Positions 9,271 through 18,584 of a stretch of 64,000 bases of DNA are shown in pieces; position 1 is the first letter of the stretch; the number at the start of each line of letters is the position of its first letter. The stretch spans positions 2,348 through 66,347 of the forward strand of contig DASUFL010000087.1 of NCBI GenBank assembly GCA_036274595.1, written 5' to 3'. Origin of the DNA: Candidatus Eiseniibacteriota bacterium. GTDB taxonomy: Bacteria > Eisenbacteria > RBG-16-71-46 > SZUA-252. The notes beneath the pieces are model-generated. The model saw only the letters and a program-made list of their open reading frames with translations, made no database searches and had not been told where the DNA came from. Position numbers and translations under genes: made by a program.

Positions 9271-10800
9271 CTACCAGCTGGAGCGGCGCCGGCGGGTGGC
9301 CGCGCGCACGCCGAGCACCCCCAGAAGGCCCCGGACGAGCTCCCTCTGGAGCGTCTTGCCCGCGGGCGAGGAGAGCGCCTTGCCCACGGTGCCCGCCAGG
9401 GAGGTTTCCTGGGCGGCCCCCTTGCCTTTCGACGCGGCCGCGGGCGCGGCCGGAGCGGCTCCAGCCCGTGCGGCCAGGACCTCGCGCGCACTCTCGCGGT
9501 CCACCGCCTGGGCGTACTCCGAGCGGAGCGGCGACGCCTCGACGTTCGTCTTGAGCTCGTCGGGAGCGATGGGACCCATCCGGCTCGAAGGCGGACGAAG
9601 CAGCGTCGCCGCGACCGGCGTCGGGGTGCCGCGCGGGGAGAGCACCGTGACGAGCGCCTCCCCGATCCCGAGCGACGTCAGGACCTTGGGGATGTCGTAG
9701 AACTCCGATCGCGGGAACGTGTTCGCGGTCGCGCGGAGCGCCTTCTCGTCGTCGGGCGAAAACGCGCGCAGCGCGTGCTGCACGCGATGCCCGAGCTGCG
9801 CCAGGATCTCCTCGGGAACGTCCTTCGGGGTGTGCGTGACGAAGAAGACGCCCACTCCCTTCGAGCGGATCAACCGCACGACCTGCTCGATCTGATCGCG
9901 GAGCGCCTTCCCCGCATCCTCGAAGAGGAGATGCGCCTCGTCGAAGAAGAAGACCAGCTTCGGCTTCGGCGCGTCGCCGATCTCCGGAAGCTCGCGATAC
10001 AGGGACGCGAGCATCCACATCATGAACGTGGAGAAGAGCGCTGGATGATCTTGAAGATCATCCAGCTCCAGCACGCTCACGACGCCGCGCCCGTCCTTCG
10101 TGAGGCGGACCAGGTCCTCGATCTCGAATTCCGGCTCTCCAAAGAAGGCGCCGGCGCCCTGCTGTTCCAGCTCGGTGATCGTACGCAGAAGAACCCCGAC
10201 CGTCGCCTTCGAGAGCGCGCCGTACTGCATAAGTGCCGCGGATCCTTCCCCGATCAGGTGCTGGAGCACCGAGCGGAGGTCAGGCAGGTCGAGGAGGAGG
10301 AGCTTCGAGTCATCGCAGTACTTGAAGACCATCGCGAGCGCGCTCTCCTGGGTGTCGTTCAGCCCCAGGGTGCGCGCGAGGAGGAGCGGTCCGAACGAGG
10401 ACACGGTGGCTCGCACCGGGATGCCTCGCGTTCCGGTCAAGCTCAGGAACTCGACCGGCGACGCCGCGGGCGTGAAGGGGGTCCCGATCGCCTTGGAGCG
10501 CTCGAGCACGCGCGGGTCGGGCTCACCCGGAGCCGCGAGTCCGCTCAGATCGCCCTTCAGATCGGCGAGGAAGACGGGGACCCCGGCGGCGCTCAGCTCT
10601 TCGGCGAGCCCCTGGAGCGTCTTCGTCTTTCCGGTGCCGGTCGCGCCCGCGATGAGACCGTGGCGGTTCATCATCGCGAGCGGCACCCGGACACGCGCCG
10701 TCGCCGCGACCTTGCCGTCGAGGAGCGGCGCGCCGAGAAGGAGCGTCTCCCCCTCGAACGCGTATCCGGACTCCATCGCAGCCGCGAAATCGCTCGCCAT
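9271..10800 (-). CDS. HerA-like/DUF853 family P-loop ATPase (YjgR-like)
   Basis: 509 aa. Walker A (GATGTGKT), Walker B (LVFFFDEAH) and overall length match E. coli YjgR / the helicase HerA-like C-terminal family. Confidence 0.7.
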   Translation of the reverse strand: MASDFAAAMESGYAFEGETLLLGAPLLDGKVAATARVRVPLAMMNRHGLIAGATGTGKTKTLQGLAEELSAAGVPVFLADLKGDLSGLAAPGEPDPRVLERSKAIGTPFTPAASPVEFLSLTGTRGIPVRATVSSFGPLLLARTLGLNDTQESALAMVFKYCDDSKLLLLDLPDLRSVLQHLIGEGSAALMQYGALSKATVGVLLRTITELEQQGAGAFFGEPEFEIEDLVRLTKDGRGVVSVLELDDLQDHPALFSTFMMWMLASLYRELPEIGDAPKPKLVFFFDEAHLLFEDAGKALRDQIEQVVRLIRSKGVGVFFVTHTPKDVPEEILAQLGHRVQHALRAFSPDDEKALRATANTFPRSEFYDIPKVLTSLGIGEALVTVLSPRGTPTPVAATLLRPPSSRMGPIAPDELKTNVEASPLRSEYAQAVDRESAREVLAARAGAAPAAPAAASKGKGAAQETSLAGTVGKALSSPAGKTLQRELVRGLLGVLGVRAATRRRRSSW

Positions 10801-10954
10801 CGTGCTTCGAATCTAGGAGCAGCGAGCCGCGACGTCAACGCGGCGTTGATTCCCGTTGAAGCCGCGCCTTCGTTCCGATACATTGCGCGCCGTCGAGCCC
10901 CACTCCATTCTCCGTCGAGCACGGCCACGCGTTTCGAAGCTCCTGGAGGGCAAC

Positions 10955-12412
10955 GTGAGCACGAGGCTGTACCGATTTGGACTTTCCGTGGCGGCACTCC
11001 TTCTCCTCGCCGGCACGGCGCTCGCCCAGCCTCCCGCCGGACCCGCCTTCTGGGTCGTCCCGGGCGGCGGCGCCTACTGGCCTCCCGCGGAATGGGGTGT
11101 GAAGGATCCGGTTCCCTCCTTCGGCGGGATTCTCGGGCTTCGTATCAGCGACCCGGTCGCGTTCGAGCTCCGCGGCCACTACTCGAAGGCCGACAGCTCC
11201 AAGCCCTACGCCGCGGGGCCCGATCTCAAGCTCCTCCACGGCGAAGGCAACATCACCTGGTTCCTCAGCCCCGGCGTTCCGGTGAGCCCCTATCTCACGC
11301 TCGGCGCCGGCGTCGTGAACGGGGATACGGGGGGCGACAGCCAGTCCAAGTTCGCCTGGAACGCCGGAGCCGGCGTCCGCATCCGCGTCTCCGATCAGAT
11401 GGCGGTGCGGCTCGACGGGCGGGACATCAGCTACAAGCTTGCCGTCTCGACGACTCCCGACGATGAGAGCTATCGCCACTCGGTCGAGGTCTTCGGCGGC
11501 CTGTCGTTTGGATTCGGCGGAGGGCCGTCCGACGAGGACCAGGACGGCGTGAGCAACAAGGCGGACAAGTGCCCCGGCACGCCGCCGGGCGCGCGCGTGG
11601 ACGCCGGCGGATGCCCGCTCGACGGCGACGGGGACGGCGTGTTCGACGGGATCGACAAGTGCGACGGCACGCCGGCGGGCGCGCTCGTCGACGCGACCGG
11701 ATGCCCGAAGGACTCGGATGGCGACGGCGTGTTCGACGGCATCGACAAGTGCGAGAACACGCCCGCGGGAGCGCGCGTGGACGCGTCCGGATGCGAGAGC
11801 GATTCCGACGGGGACAGCGTGCCCGACGGGATCGATCAGTGCGAGGCCACCCCGCGCGGCTGCACGGTCAACCCGAATGGCTGCCCGACCGACGCGGATC
11901 AGGACGGCGTGTGCGACGGGCTCGACCAGTGCCCCGATACGCAATCGAATGTCCGCGTGGACGCGAAGGGATGCCCGATGCAGATCAGCGTGCGCGAGAC
12001 GGAGATGATGGAAACCGGAATGATCCGGCTCCAGGACGTCAACTTCGACACCGGCAAGGCGACCATCAAGCCGGAGTCGTTCAAGATCCTCGACGACGTG
12101 GGACAGATCCTCGGGCACTGGCCGCAGCTCAGGATCGAGATCGGCGGGCACACGGACAGCCGCGGCTCGGACGCGCGGAACCAGCAGCTCAGCGAGGCGC
12201 GCGCCAAGGCCGTGCGCGACTATCTCACCAACAAGTTCCCCGAGCTGGACGCCGAGCAGTTCACGGCGGTCGGGTACGGGGAGAGGCAGCCCATCGCCAC
12301 CAACACGACGGCGCTGGGCATGGCGAAAAATCGCAGGGTCGAGTTCAAGGTGCTCAACAAGGAAGCACTCCGCAAGGAGAACACGAAGCAGCAGTTCGTT
12401 CCCAAGGAGTAG
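10955..12412 (+). CDS. OmpA-family outer-membrane protein with N-terminal beta-barrel, thrombospondin type-3 (TSP3) Ca-binding repeats and C-terminal OmpA domain
   Basis: C-terminal OmpA peptidoglycan-binding motifs (IEIGGHTDSRGSDARNQQLSEARAKAV, NRRVEFKV). Five tandem TSP3 repeats (GCPxDxDGDGVxDGIDKCxxTPxGAxVD). Signal peptide VSTRLYRFGLSVAALLLLAGTALAQ begins at an in-frame GTG at 10955, preceded by GGAGGG; the ORF tracker's ATG is at 10856. Confidence 0.8.
   Translation: MSTRLYRFGLSVAALLLLAGTALAQPPAGPAFWVVPGGGAYWPPAEWGVKDPVPSFGGILGLRISDPVAFELRGHYSKADSSKPYAAGPDLKLLHGEGNITWFLSPGVPVSPYLTLGAGVVNGDTGGDSQSKFAWNAGAGVRIRVSDQMAVRLDGRDISYKLAVSTTPDDESYRHSVEVFGGLSFGFGGGPSDEDQDGVSNKADKCPGTPPGARVDAGGCPLDGDGDGVFDGIDKCDGTPAGALVDATGCPKDSDGDGVFDGIDKCENTPAGARVDASGCESDSDGDSVPDGIDQCEATPRGCTVNPNGCPTDADQDGVCDGLDQCPDTQSNVRVDAKGCPMQISVRETEMMETGMIRLQDVNFDTGKATIKPESFKILDDVGQILGHWPQLRIEIGGHTDSRGSDARNQQLSEARAKAVRDYLTNKFPELDAEQFTAVGYGERQPIATNTTALGMAKNRRVEFKVLNKEALRKENTKQQFVPKE
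11521..11985 (+). repeat. intragenic tandem array of about 5 thrombospondin type-3-like repeats (about 28-31 aa / 84-93 nt each)
   Basis: Repeated peptide DGDGVFDGIDKC(D/E)(G/N)TPAGA(R/L)VDA(T/S)GCP(K/L)D.. seen in the translation; the nucleotide repeats are also visible. Confidence 0.8.
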
Positions 12413-12609
12413 GTTCCGCCGGGTCGGGTTCGGGGTTGGCGGGGAGGGACCTGTTCCTGGCCGATGTGGGGTTGGTCGCTTCCGTGCCGCGAGGCACGGT
12501 GCGGCCCTCCCCCATCGGAGCAGGGCCGGACGCCAAGCTCAAGATCCCTCGCTAGGGAGCCGATCGCTACCGTCAGGCGACTCCACGTCCTGTGAGACGC
12601 GGAGGGCTG

Positions 12610-12669
12610 CCCCGTCAAGGATGACGGGGATCGTGTGCAGGGGCCGCAGTGATGCGGCCCCATTTTTTT
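12610..12669 (+). terminator. tandem hairpins ending in a rho-independent terminator (GGGGCCGCA-GTGA-TGCGGCCCC + ATTTTTTT)
   Basis: Perfect 9-bp GC stem at 12640-12661 followed by a 7-T run, which is very unusual in this GC-rich DNA. It is preceded by a second hairpin, CCCCGTC-AAGGAT-GACGGGG (12610-12629). Confidence 0.65.
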
Positions 12670-12681
12670 GTGCTCTTGGCC

Positions 12682-12802
12682 GGCGAGGGGAGGGAGTGGG
12701 GGTCCGGGACAAGCACGTCCCGGCGCTCGCAATCGGACCGCTTCCGGCGGCTTGGTGGGCGCCGGGCGCGAAAGTCCCGGACCCTCACTCCCTCCCCTCG
12801 CC
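12682..12802. repeat. palindromic intergenic element, copy 1 (24-bp terminal inverted repeats GGCGAGGGGAGGGAGTGGGGGTCC / GGACCCTCACTCCCTCCCCTCGCC)
   Basis: The same element architecture recurs at 48723-48840 and, inverted, at 49016-49133. Shared flank CTTGGCC; loop ends shared (GACAAGCACGTCC...GCGCGAAAGTCCC). Confidence 0.8.
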
Positions 12803-12859
12803 TACCATGAGACCTAAGAGCTCAGGGTCGCCATCCACATGGAGAGAATAGACTCGCTC

Positions 12860-15127
12860 TCAGTCCGGGAGGGGCCAGCGGAAGTCGCGGCGGTAGGTTT
12901 CGATGCGGCGTTCCATTGCGGTGATGAACGCGCTCCATCTCGGATCGGCATGGAGCGGCTTGTACATCTCCTCACGAAATCTCGTGAGCGTATCGTTCCC
13001 TAGCGCGACAGCGCGATCCAGGTACTGGAAGGCTTTGTCGGTCTCGCCCAGCTGCGCCATCAGTCCGGCGAAATCGCCCGCCGCATCCATGTCCACGCTC
13101 GCGTATGCCTCCGCGTCTGGAATGAGGGCTCGCACGCCATCTCGGTCGCCGAGGGCCAGGAGCGCGAAGGCTCGCTGGCCGAACGCGAGGCCCTGGTCAT
13201 ATCCGATGCGGTCCATGAGCGCGAGCGCATGGGCGGGACGCCCCTCGCCGATGAGGATCGACGCCTCGATTCCGAATAACCGATTGTGCCGCGGGAACCG
13301 GGTCAGTCCCTTCTCGAGCCATTCGCGGGCGCCGCGAACATCCCCCTGCACGTGATGGATGCGGACCATGTGCGCATAGGGCCAGACGACCGACGGATCG
13401 AGCTCGATCGCCATGGCGACCGACTGCCTCGCCTCCTCCAGCATGTCGCAGAGCCGGAACAGGTAGCCGAAGTAGTGGTAATTGTGCGCGAAATTCGGCG
13501 CGCTGCGCCTCGTGGCGAGAAAGCATCGGTACGCCTCGTGTTTGCGGCCGAAGACCAGATGAAGGCGACCCAGACCGAAGTTCACGGTCGGACCCTGGGG
13601 ATCGAGCGACTGGGCGCGGGCGAGGGCCTCCGTCGATTTGTCGTACCACCGTGGATCGGAATCGAAGCCTGCGTCCACCATGGATGCCCGAGCCATGCCG
13701 AGCCGTGCCCACGCTTCGGCCCATCGTGGCTCGAGCGACGTCACGCGTTCGAAATCACGGATGGCCCGCAGCATGCCTTCGTGCGTGCCCTCCTGCGAGG
13801 CGCGCGATCCCCGGAGGAACATCTCGTACGCCTCCGGCGACAGACCACCTGTCGCGCCGACGACAGGAGACACCGCGTCGCGCGAGACCAGCCGCACCGT
13901 AAGCGCCTCAGCGATGCCCTGGGCCACCTGATCCTGGACTTCGAAGATGTCCGCGAAGCGAAGGTCCACTTTCCCCGCCCACAGTCCGCGACCGCTCGGT
14001 GTCTCCACGAGGCGCGCCGTCGCGCGGAATCGATCGCCGATGCACTGGAACGAGGCATCGAGCACCGCGGACACGCCGAGCTCCTGCCCGACGCGGCGCG
14101 GCTCGACCGCGTGGTTCTCATAAACGGCGATGCTCCCGGTCGACCGCACGATGAGATCGGGCGAGTCCATGAGACGCGTGATCACGGCGTCAGCGAGCCC
14201 CACGCCGAGGTAGTTCAGGTCCTGGCTGCCGCCGATGTTCTTGAACGGGAGGACCGCGATGGCCCGCGGCCCGGACCCGCTCTCGGCTTTCGAGGGCCCC
14301 GACACGCAACCGCACTCCACCGTCTCGAGATCGATGTCGAAGTCGTGCGCGGATGAGTGGCGGCGCCCGGGATCCTTGGTCAGCGCCTTCGCGAACACGA
14401 AGTCGAACTCCGGCGTGAGCGCTGGATTCACGCGCGACGGCGGCTCGGGAGAGTCGTGGAGGATGCGGTGCATCGTCTCCACGGCCGAATCGGACGCGAA
14501 GGGATGGCGCCCGGTCAGGAGCTCGTACGCCACGGTTCCAAGCGAGAAGAGATCGCTCGCAGGTCCGGCCGGCTGTCCGAGAACCTGCTCCGGGGACATG
14601 TACGGAGCCGTTCCCAGGATCGTTCCGGGCTGGGTCGCGGTTCGTCCCTCTCCCGGCGAGAAGCTCCGCGCCAGTCCGAAGTCGAGGATCTTCAAGAGGC
14701 CGTCCTTGCGGACGAGCATGTTCTCCGGTTTGAGATCTCTATGGACGAGCCCAGCCGCATGCGCGACCTCGAGCGCTGCCGTGGCCTGCCGTAGAAGCCG
14801 CACGATCTCGACCGGCGAGCGCCGCTTCTCCTCGGCCCATCGCCGGAGGGTGACTCCGTCGATCAGCTCCATCGCGAGATAGAGGATGCCGTCCGATTCG
14901 CCGAGGTCGTGCACGACGACGATATTGGGATGGTTGAGCGCGCTCGCCGCCCGCGCTTCGTGGAGGAGGCGCTCGCGCCTGTCCCTGTCGTGCATGACCT
15001 CGGGCGGGAGCACTTTCACCGCCAGCATCCGTCCGAGGAGTGGGTCTTCGGCGAGGTAGACCCGGCCCATGCCTCCTGAGCCGATTGGCTCATGGATGCG
15101 GAAGCGGCCCAATGTAGTTCCAATCAT
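12860..15127 (-). CDS. Ser/Thr protein kinase with C-terminal TPR-like domain
   Basis: Hanks kinase motifs: GSGGMGRVY, VAVK-like (LAVKVL), HRDLKPEN, DFGLA, APYMSPE. Long helical/TPR-like C-terminus. Start at internal ATG (MIGTTLGRFRI...) at 15127; the ORF extends to 15229. Confidence 0.85.
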   Translation of the reverse strand: MIGTTLGRFRIHEPIGSGGMGRVYLAEDPLLGRMLAVKVLPPEVMHDRDRRERLLHEARAASALNHPNIVVVHDLGESDGILYLAMELIDGVTLRRWAEEKRRSPVEIVRLLRQATAALEVAHAAGLVHRDLKPENMLVRKDGLLKILDFGLARSFSPGEGRTATQPGTILGTAPYMSPEQVLGQPAGPASDLFSLGTVAYELLTGRHPFASDSAVETMHRILHDSPEPPSRVNPALTPEFDFVFAKALTKDPGRRHSSAHDFDIDLETVECGCVSGPSKAESGSGPRAIAVLPFKNIGGSQDLNYLGVGLADAVITRLMDSPDLIVRSTGSIAVYENHAVEPRRVGQELGVSAVLDASFQCIGDRFRATARLVETPSGRGLWAGKVDLRFADIFEVQDQVAQGIAEALTVRLVSRDAVSPVVGATGGLSPEAYEMFLRGSRASQEGTHEGMLRAIRDFERVTSLEPRWAEAWARLGMARASMVDAGFDSDPRWYDKSTEALARAQSLDPQGPTVNFGLGRLHLVFGRKHEAYRCFLATRRSAPNFAHNYHYFGYLFRLCDMLEEARQSVAMAIELDPSVVWPYAHMVRIHHVQGDVRGAREWLEKGLTRFPRHNRLFGIEASILIGEGRPAHALALMDRIGYDQGLAFGQRAFALLALGDRDGVRALIPDAEAYASVDMDAAGDFAGLMAQLGETDKAFQYLDRAVALGNDTLTRFREEMYKPLHADPRWSAFITAMERRIETYRRDFRWPLPD

Positions 15128-15504
15128 GATCCGGAGAGGATACCACCGGCAAATCGAGCGATGCGTAGCGGTTCTCCATTGACCGTGCACGCGCGTCGGT
15201 GGTACTCTCCCGCCCGTTCCTCGAATCATTCATCGCCTCGATCGCTCGTACGAGAGCCGCGCGATCGAAGAGAACTCCTCCTCAGCGAATTCCCCCTGAC
15301 CGCTAGGAGCAGAAACTCGTCCGTGCCCCGCGCCGCGAGTGTTCTCAGCCTCACGAAATTCGCGGCTACTTCGGCCGATTCCTACCGGTACGTCCCCACC
15401 GCATCGTCATGGAACGGCGACACACGTCCGCCGCGCGGACCTCCATAGGCCCTCCTCATCCCGCCTGAACCATTCCCCGTGAATTCAGGACCGAGGAGGC
15501 ATTC

Positions 15505-17661
15505 ATGTACAAGCGACTCATCGCAGTGCTCGCTCTCGCCACGCTCGTCTTCGCCGCACCCGCGCTCGCGCGCCCCATCGAGCGCTGGGCCAACGCCGAA
15601 AACGAACGCAAGAGCGACGCGGGCGAAACCGTGTATCGATGCGGCACCGATGATCATGGACGCAAGGTCGATCTCCAGACGCAGATCGACCGGCTGATCC
15701 AGGAGGGCCGCATCCAGGCCGGCGGTCAGATCGGCGTCTACTTCCACGTCGTCTACAATGGCAGCGAAGGGAACGTGAGCGACGCCGCTCTCGACGCCCA
15801 GATCCTCGTCATGAACCGCAACTACGCGGGCAGGGACTACAACGGCAACACCGTCGCCGGCGCCGCGAACACGGGCTACACGTTCGTCAAGGTCGGGACC
15901 TCCCGCACGAACAACCGGCAGTGGTTCAAGATGGTCCCTGGCTCGCGCAACGAGTCCCAGGCCAAGAGCGCGCTCGCGGTCTCGCCGGGCAACACGCTCA
16001 ACATCTACACCTGCAAGCCGGGACAGAACCTGCTCGGCTGGTCGGTCTTCCCGTGGGACCCGCAGGCGGGAACGAGCCAGGATGGCGTCGTGATCCACTA
16101 CGGATCGCTGCCGGGCGGCTACCTCTCACCCTACAACCTGGGCGGAACCGCCACGCACGAGGTCGGCCACTACCTGGGCCTGTATCACACGTTCCAGGGG
16201 GGATGTGACACGGGCTCCTGCTCGACCACGGGCGATCTCATCTGCGACACGCCGGCCGAGGGAACCGCGACGTCAGGCTGCCCGTCGGGCAAGGACACCT
16301 GTCCGGCCACCGGCCTCGATCCGATCCACAACTACATGGATTACTCCACGGACATCTGCTACACGAACTTCACCGCCGGCCAGGACACCCGCATGAACGC
16401 CGCGGTGAACACGTACCGCTCGTGGATCGGGAACGTCCGCGTGGCGAATGCGGACGTCGCGGACGACGCGGCCGACGACGCGGCCGACCGCTGGATGGCC
16501 AAGCTGCCCGATCCGGGCGAGCGCAAGAGCGATGCCGGCGAGACCGTGTACCGCTGCGGCACCGACGAGCATGGACCCAAGGTCCCGATGCTCCAGGAGC
16601 AGATCGACGCGCTCCGGGCTCAGGGCCGTCTCCAGGCAGGCGGTCAGATCGGCGTCTACTTCCACGTGATCTACGGCGGCAACGAAGGCAACGTGAGTGA
16701 CGCGGCTCTCGACGCGCAGATCCTCGTGCTGAACCGCAACTACGCGGGCAAGGACTACAACGGCAATACCGTCGCCGGCGCCGCGAACACGGGCTACACG
16801 TTCGTCAAGGTCGGAACCTCCCGCACGAACAGCAAGCAGTGGTTCAAGATGGTTCCCGGATCACGCGCCGAGAGCCAGGCCAAGAATGGGCTCGCGGTCT
16901 CGCCGGGCAACACGCTCAACATCTACACCTGCAAGCCGGGACAGAACCTGCTCGGCTGGTCGGTCTTCCCGAACGATCCCCAGGCGGGGACGAACCTGGA
17001 CGGCGTCGTGATCCACTACGGGTCGCTGCCGGGCGGCTACCTCTCGCCCTACAACCTGGGCGGAACCGCCACGCACGAGGTCGGCCACTACCTGGGTCTG
17101 TATCACACGTTCCAGGGCGGCTGCGACACGGGCTCCTGCTCCACGACCGGCGACAACGTCTGCGACACGCCGGCGCAGGGGACCGCGACGTCGGGCTGCC
17201 CGTCGGGCAAGGACACCTGCCCCGCGACCGGCCTCGACCCGATTCACAACTACATGGATTACTCCACGGACATCTGCTACACGAACTTCACGCCGGGCCA
17301 GGACACCCGCATGAACGGGATGGTGAACACGTACCGCTCCTGGATCGGCAACGTGCGCATCGCGAACGGAGCTTCGACGAGCCAGAACGGGGCCGCGGCG
17401 GTCACCGCGTTCCGCGCGGTTCCGAACCCGTTCAATCCGCGCACGAAGATCGAGTTCGGTCTGCGCACGGGCACGCAGGTGTCGGTGCGCGTGTATGACA
17501 TCCAGGGGCGCCTGGTCGCGACGCTCGTGAACCGCGAGCTCCCGGCCGGAAACCACTCGGTGGACTTCAACGGCGACAAGCTCGCCAGCGGCGTCTACAT
17601 GATGGTGCTCCACGTGAAGGGCGAGGCTCCGGTCGTGCGGAGGATGTCGCTCCTCAAGTAG
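15505..17661 (+). CDS. secreted protein with two tandem M43 (ulilysin/pappalysin-type) zinc-metalloprotease domains and a T9SS-type C-terminal sorting domain
   Basis: Signal peptide. Two copies of HEVGHYLGLYHTFQGGC (HEXXHXXGXXH metzincin motif of M43B) with Cys-rich surroundings. C-terminus VPNPFNPRTKIEFGL...VRVYDIQGRLVATLV...SGVYMMVLHV...LLK matches the T9SS type-A sorting / FlgD-Ig-like pattern. Confidence 0.8.
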   Translation: MYKRLIAVLALATLVFAAPALARPIERWANAENERKSDAGETVYRCGTDDHGRKVDLQTQIDRLIQEGRIQAGGQIGVYFHVVYNGSEGNVSDAALDAQILVMNRNYAGRDYNGNTVAGAANTGYTFVKVGTSRTNNRQWFKMVPGSRNESQAKSALAVSPGNTLNIYTCKPGQNLLGWSVFPWDPQAGTSQDGVVIHYGSLPGGYLSPYNLGGTATHEVGHYLGLYHTFQGGCDTGSCSTTGDLICDTPAEGTATSGCPSGKDTCPATGLDPIHNYMDYSTDICYTNFTAGQDTRMNAAVNTYRSWIGNVRVANADVADDAADDAADRWMAKLPDPGERKSDAGETVYRCGTDEHGPKVPMLQEQIDALRAQGRLQAGGQIGVYFHVIYGGNEGNVSDAALDAQILVLNRNYAGKDYNGNTVAGAANTGYTFVKVGTSRTNSKQWFKMVPGSRAESQAKNGLAVSPGNTLNIYTCKPGQNLLGWSVFPNDPQAGTNLDGVVIHYGSLPGGYLSPYNLGGTATHEVGHYLGLYHTFQGGCDTGSCSTTGDNVCDTPAQGTATSGCPSGKDTCPATGLDPIHNYMDYSTDICYTNFTPGQDTRMNGMVNTYRSWIGNVRIANGASTSQNGAAAVTAFRAVPNPFNPRTKIEFGLRTGTQVSVRVYDIQGRLVATLVNRELPAGNHSVDFNGDKLASGVYMMVLHVKGEAPVVRRMSLLK
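15604..17370 (+). repeat. intragenic tandem duplication: two about 915-nt units (15604-16518 and 16519-~17370) with high nucleotide identity
   Basis: Long runs are identical at the DNA level (e.g. GGGCAACACGCTCAACATCTACACCTGCAAGCCGGGACAGAACCTGCTCGGCTGGTCGGTCTTCCCG in both units). The protein repeat period is 305 aa. Confidence 0.9.
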
Positions 17662-17732
17662 CGCTCGCTTAGCGCTCGCTCGACCGCATCGCAGGGAAAC
17701 GGGGCCGGTCCGCAAGGATCGGCCCCGCTGCT

Positions 17733-18581
17733 ATGATGGAGGGACATCCCTTCCCGTCACCCTGTCCCGGAGGTCCCGTGAAATCGCCCGTGACGATACG
17801 CCCCGGACGCTCGTTCCAGCTCGAGGATCTCCCGACCACGGACGTCGCAGGCTTCAAGGACAAGGCGGACGGGCGCGGCCAGCTCGAGAAGCACTTGGAG
17901 CGGCTCCGCGAGCTCCAGCATCTCCTCTACGCGGACGGGCGGTATGCGGTTCTGATCGTGCTCCAGGCCATGGACACAGGCGGCAAGGACGGCACGATCC
18001 GCCACGTCATGAGCGGATTCAACCCGGCGGGATGCATGGTCACGTCGTTCAAGGTTCCCTCCGACGACGAGCGAAAGCACGACTTTCTCTGGCGCATCCA
18101 CCACGCCGTGCCGCCCAAGGGAGTGATCGGGGTCTTCAACCGGTCGCACTACGAGGACGTGCTGGTGGTCCGCGTGCACAAGATGGTGCCGAAGGAGGTC
18201 TGGAAGGCCCGCTACAGGCAGATCAACGAGTTCGAGCGCATGCTCACCGAGACGGGAACCACGGTCATCAAGTTCTTCCTCCACATCAGCAAGAAGGAGC
18301 AGGCGAAACGGCTCAGGTCGCGGATCGAGGACAAGAGGAAGAACTGGAAGTTCTCGTCGGCGGACCTGGCCGAGCGGAAGCTCTGGAGCGAGTATCAGGA
18401 CGCGTACGAGGACGCGCTCCGCGAGTGCTCCACGGAGTGGGCCCCATGGACGGTGGTCCCGGCCGACGTGAAGTGGGCGCGGGACGAGATGGTGGCCCGC
18501 GTCATGGTGGAGAAGCTCGAGGCCCTCGACCTGCGCTATCCCAAGCCGCAGAAGGATCTCGATCTGGCCGTCGTGAAGTAG
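17733..18581 (+). CDS. ppk2: polyphosphate kinase 2 family protein (polyphosphate:nucleotide phosphotransferase)
   Basis: 282 aa. PPK2 Walker-A-like motif AMDTGGKDG and lid region; family-typical length. Confidence 0.8.
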   Translation: MMEGHPFPSPCPGGPVKSPVTIRPGRSFQLEDLPTTDVAGFKDKADGRGQLEKHLERLRELQHLLYADGRYAVLIVLQAMDTGGKDGTIRHVMSGFNPAGCMVTSFKVPSDDERKHDFLWRIHHAVPPKGVIGVFNRSHYEDVLVVRVHKMVPKEVWKARYRQINEFERMLTETGTTVIKFFLHISKKEQAKRLRSRIEDKRKNWKFSSADLAERKLWSEYQDAYEDALRECSTEWAPWTVVPADVKWARDEMVARVMVEKLEALDLRYPKPQKDLDLAVVK

Positions 18582-18584
18582 CGG

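Noticed and set aside
8902-11466. 854-aa plus-strand ORF across the GNAT/DUF853/OmpA region
   Set aside because: Alternate-frame artefact. Real genes were identified in other frames with specific motifs.
17688-17716. Hairpin GGGGCCGG-N11-TCGGCCCC after the M43 gene
   Set aside because: Imperfect stem and no U-tract. It may be a weak terminator but is not convincing enough to list as a feature.
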